A stretch of DNA of 64,000 nucleotides, taken from positions 9,798,001 to 9,862,000 of the forward strand of contig NC_058383.1 of assembly GCF_018350175.1 (NCBI RefSeq), written 5' to 3'. The notes under the pieces are model-generated. The model was not told the origin of the DNA. It searched no databases and worked only from the letters and a program-made list of their open reading frames with translations. The DNA comes from Felis catus. Lineage: Eukaryota. The translations under genes and the position numbers were made by a program. Positions 60,655-64,000 of the stretch are shown here, piece after piece (position 1 is the stretch's first letter; each line of letters opens with the position of its first letter).

Positions 60655-60856
60655 TTTTAAAAAAGTTTATTGTATTTTGAGAGACAGAATGCACTCAGGA
60701 AAAGGGCACAGAGAGAGGTAGAGAGAAAGTCTGAAGCAGTCTCCACACTGTCAGCGTGGAGCCCAATGAAGGGCTCAAGCTCATGAACCATGAGATCATG
60801 ACCTGAGATAAAATCAAGAGTAGGACGCCTAACCGACTGAGCCACCTAGGCACCCC
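60655..60856 (-). mobile_element. Can-SINE
   Basis: Reverse-complement body ending gccacctaggcacccc. Confidence 0.9.
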
Positions 60857-62373
60857 ATTGGTAGTTCTTTAAGTATCTGGTAGAATTCACCAGTGAAGCC
60901 ATCTGGTTCTTGTCTTTATTTGTTGGGAGGTTTTTGGTTATTGATTCAGTCTTTTTACTTATTTTAGGTCTATTGAGATTTCTGCCGCATCTTTAGTCAG
61001 TTTAGATAATTTGCATATTACTAGGAATTTGTCCGTTTCATTTAGACTGTCTCATTTGTTGGTGTACAGTTATTCATAGTATTCTCTTATAATCCTTTTT
61101 CATTTCCATAAGGTTGGTAGTGTTCCCACTTTCATTTCCGATTTTAGTTATTTATGTCTTCTTTTTTTGTCAGCCTGTCTATAGGTTTGCACATTTTGTT
61201 GATATTTCCAAAGAACCAACTTTTTGGTTTTTATAGATTGTCTGTTGTTTTCTATTCTGTACATTAATCTCCATTCTAATCATCATTATTTCCTTCTGAT
61301 AGCTTTGCGCATAGTTTGCTTTTTTTTTCTAGTTCCCCATAGTACAAAGTTAGGTTATTGATTTGAAATCTTTCCTGATTTTAAAATGTAGGCATTTACA
61401 ACTATACATTTCCTTATGAACACTGCCCTCACAGCATCCCAAAGATTTAATTGTTATCTTTTCATATGAATTTGTCTTTTTAAATTTCCCTTGTGATTTC
61501 TTCTTTGACCCATTGTTCAAGAGTGTTAATTGTTTAAGAGTTTAATTTCCACCAACTTGTGCATTTTTTCAATTTTCCTTCTGTTATTGATTTCTACCTG
61601 TGTTCCTTTGTGGTCAGAGAAGATACATTGTATTAAAATCTTTTAAAATTTATGGAGACTTAGTTTGTAGTCTAACTTATGCCATATCCTGGAAAATATT
61701 CCATGTGTATTTAAGAAGGATATGTATTCTGCTGTTGTTGGGTACACTGTAGTTTTATAGTATTGTTCAGGTGCTCTATTTCCCTGTTGAGCTTCTGTGT
61801 AGATAGTCTATCCATTGAAAATAGTACATTGACTGTTACTGTAGAACGGTCTATTTCTTCCTTCAATTCCTTCAATTTTTTGCATCATATAATTCAAGGC
61901 ACTATGTTTTTGTTGCATGTATGTTTATAATTGTTGTATCTTCTTGATAAAATTGGTCCTTTTATCAGTAGATAAGGTCTCTTTGTCTTATAATAGTTTC
62001 TTAGTCTTTTTTGTGTGGAATTAGTGTGGTTGCAACTCCCAGGTCTCTCTTGGTTACTGTTAGCATGAAATATCTTTCCTTTCCAATCTTTGATTCTCAA
62101 CCTATTTGTATCTTTGCATCTAATGTGAGTCTTTTGAAGACAGCACCTAGTTGGATCATGTTTTTTCTCCATTCTGCCAAACTGCCTTTTGACTGAGATT
62201 TTTTATTTATATTTAAAGCAGTGACTCATAAGGAAGGCTTTCTTTTCCTTTTTCCTATTTGTTTCCTGTATGTGTTGTACTGTTTTTTTGTTCTTCATTT
62301 TTTCCCATTACTGCCTTCTTTTGTATTTAGTTACTTTTTTTTATAGTGAACCACTTTGATTCCCTCTCATTTC

Positions 62374-62601
62374 TTTTTTTTTTTTTTTATTTTTTTTCAA
62401 TGTTTATTTATTTTTTGGGGGACAGAGAGAGACAGAGCATGAATGGGGAAGGGGCAGAGAGAGGGAGACACAGAATCGGAAACAGGCTCCAGGCTCCGAG
62501 CCATCAGCCCAGAGCCTGACGCGGGGCTCTAACTCACGGACCGCGAGATCGTGACCTGGCTGAAGTCGGACGCTTAACCGACTGCGCCACCCAAGCGCCC
62601 C
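62374..62601 (-). mobile_element. Can-SINE, young feline subfamily
   Basis: Perfect TSD tccctctcatttc. Confidence 0.95.
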
Positions 62602-62856
62602 TCCCTCTCATTTCTTTTTGCAGGTATTTTAAAAATATTTTCTTTGTGGTCACCATGGAATTACATTCATCATCTTAAATGTATAACAGTCTAGTTTGAA
62701 TTGATAACAACTTAAGCACACAAAAATTCTGCCTTTATACAGCTCTGCCACCCATTATTGTTGTCACAAATTACATCACTATATATGGTGTGGCCAATAA
62801 CACAGATTTACAATTACTTTTTATGCATTTGTCTTTCATGTAAGAAATAAAACATG

Positions 62857-63093
62857 GGGGCGCCTGGGTGGCGCAGTTGGTTAAGCGACCGACTTCAGCT
62901 CAGGTCACGATCTCGCGGTCCGTGAGTTTGAGCCCCGCGTCTGGCTCCGGGCTGATGGCTCGGAGCCTGGAGCCTGTTTCCGATTCTGTGTCTCCCTCTC
63001 ACTCTGCCCCTCCCCCGTTCATGCTCTGTCTCTCTCTGTCCCAAAAATAAATAAAAAACGTTGAAAAAAAATTTAAAAAAAAAAAAAAAAAAA
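62857..63093 (+). mobile_element. Can-SINE, young
   Basis: Perfect TSD aagaaataaaacatg. Confidence 0.95.
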
Positions 63094-64000
63094 AAGAAAT
63101 AAAACATGGAACTACAAACCAAAATACAATAAGGTTTTTGTATATGCCCATTTAGTTAGAGATCTTTGTTTTTTCATACAGCTTTAAGTTACTCATATCC
63201 TTTCATTTCCATCAAAAGGACTTACTTTAGCATTTTTTGTTAAATGGGGGTTTTAGTGTTATAAAATTTCCACAGTTTTTGTAACTATGAATAAGTTAAT
63301 TTCTTTTTAATTTTTGAAGGAAATTTTTCCTGGATATAAAATTCTTGGTTGACAAGTGCATTTGTTACCACTTAAAAAAAAATTGAGGTGTAAACATAGA
63401 ACACTGTGTAAGTTTAAGGTGTACAGTGTGTTGATTTGATGTATTTGTATATTGCAATAAGATTACCACCATAGCTTTAGCTAAGACTACTGTCATGTCA
63501 CATAATTAACACTTTTGGGTTGAGAACAATTAAGTACTAGTCTTTGAAGTTTATAATACAGTATTGTCGACTATAACCACTGTGTTGTGTGTTAGATCTC
63601 CAGAAGTCATTTTTCTCTTGGTTGCAAGTTTGTACATTTAAAATAACATCTCCTTGATTCCTCCACCCTCCAGCGTCTAGTAATCACCATTCTACTCTGT
63701 TTCTAGGAGTTTGGATTTTTTGGATTCCACATATAAGTAATATCATATAGTATTTGTCTTTCTCTGACTTATCTCACTTAGCATAATGTCCTAAGGGTGC
63801 ATCCATGTTGTCTCAAGTGGCAGGATTTCCTTTTCTGATGGTAAATAGTATCCCCTTGCATGCATATACCACATCTCTTTTATCCATCCTTCCACTGATG
63901 GGCACTTAGGTTGTTTCTACATCTTGGTTGTTGTAAATAATGCTGTAGTAAACATGGGAGTGCAGATATCTTTCAATGTATCATCTCTCTGCCTTCTGGT

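Larger units (their letters stand above)
54975..64000 (-). mobile_element. Cluster of degraded L1 elements (ORF2 endonuclease/RT remnants and 3' ends at about 58085 and 63380) with inserted SINEs and an LTR
   Basis: - strand ORF2-like peptides: HDPTRCCLQKTHIRCKDTNRLRIKDWKGKIFHAN (61894-62172, endonuclease), SLFAEKMI (57275-57481, RT FADD motif), MRYHFTPTKM (58924-59106, C-terminus); many stops and frameshifts. Confidence 0.85.

Noticed and set aside
1177..63122. Dozens of similar 60-130 aa ORFs (MAQSVKRPTSAQVMISR..., MPGWLSRLSV...) that look like a gene family
   Set aside because: They are translations of Can-SINE copies, mostly starting at GTG, each bounded by TSDs and A tails.
54975..64000. 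Possible intact L1 or domesticated RT gene
   Set aside because: Only short frameshifted ORF2 fragments, a degenerate FADD motif, and interruptions by SINEs and an MLT1 LTR.
1..64000. CRISPR array, operon or other prokaryotic-type system
   Set aside because: This is mammalian intron-exon DNA; the repeats are dispersed retroposons and microsatellites, not repeat-spacer arrays.

Overview
This window is eukaryotic genomic DNA, almost certainly from a cat-family (felid) genome, judged by about 47 tRNA-derived Can-SINEs of the feline SINEC_Fc type. The first 36 kb hold the 3' part of HIP1 (huntingtin-interacting protein 1) on the + strand. I traced 24 coding exons (8-31 by recalled human numbering; 2507 nt, one open frame) from the end of the ANTH domain through the clathrin/AP2 motifs, coiled coil and talin-like I/LWEQ domain to TAG at 32500. 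A SINE-free 3'UTR of about 3.7 kb follows, ending near AATAAA at 36233. Two consecutive HIP1 introns (17 and 18) need non-canonical GC donors. Downstream the sequence is repeat-rich (Tigger2, L1, L2, MLT1, MER58, and an ERV1 5' LTR with a decayed tRNA-Arg primer-binding site). It also has an orphan CpG-island promoter at about 44.7-45.5 kb with a perfect RFX X-box and splice donors, which may drive an unannotated spliced transcript. Most ORFs in the supplied track are SINE or GC-rich artefacts. I see no evidence of a new multi-gene system. The best leads are the tandem GC-AG introns and the orphan promoter/transcript. Repeat family names come from recalled consensus sequences, and repeat boundaries are approximate.
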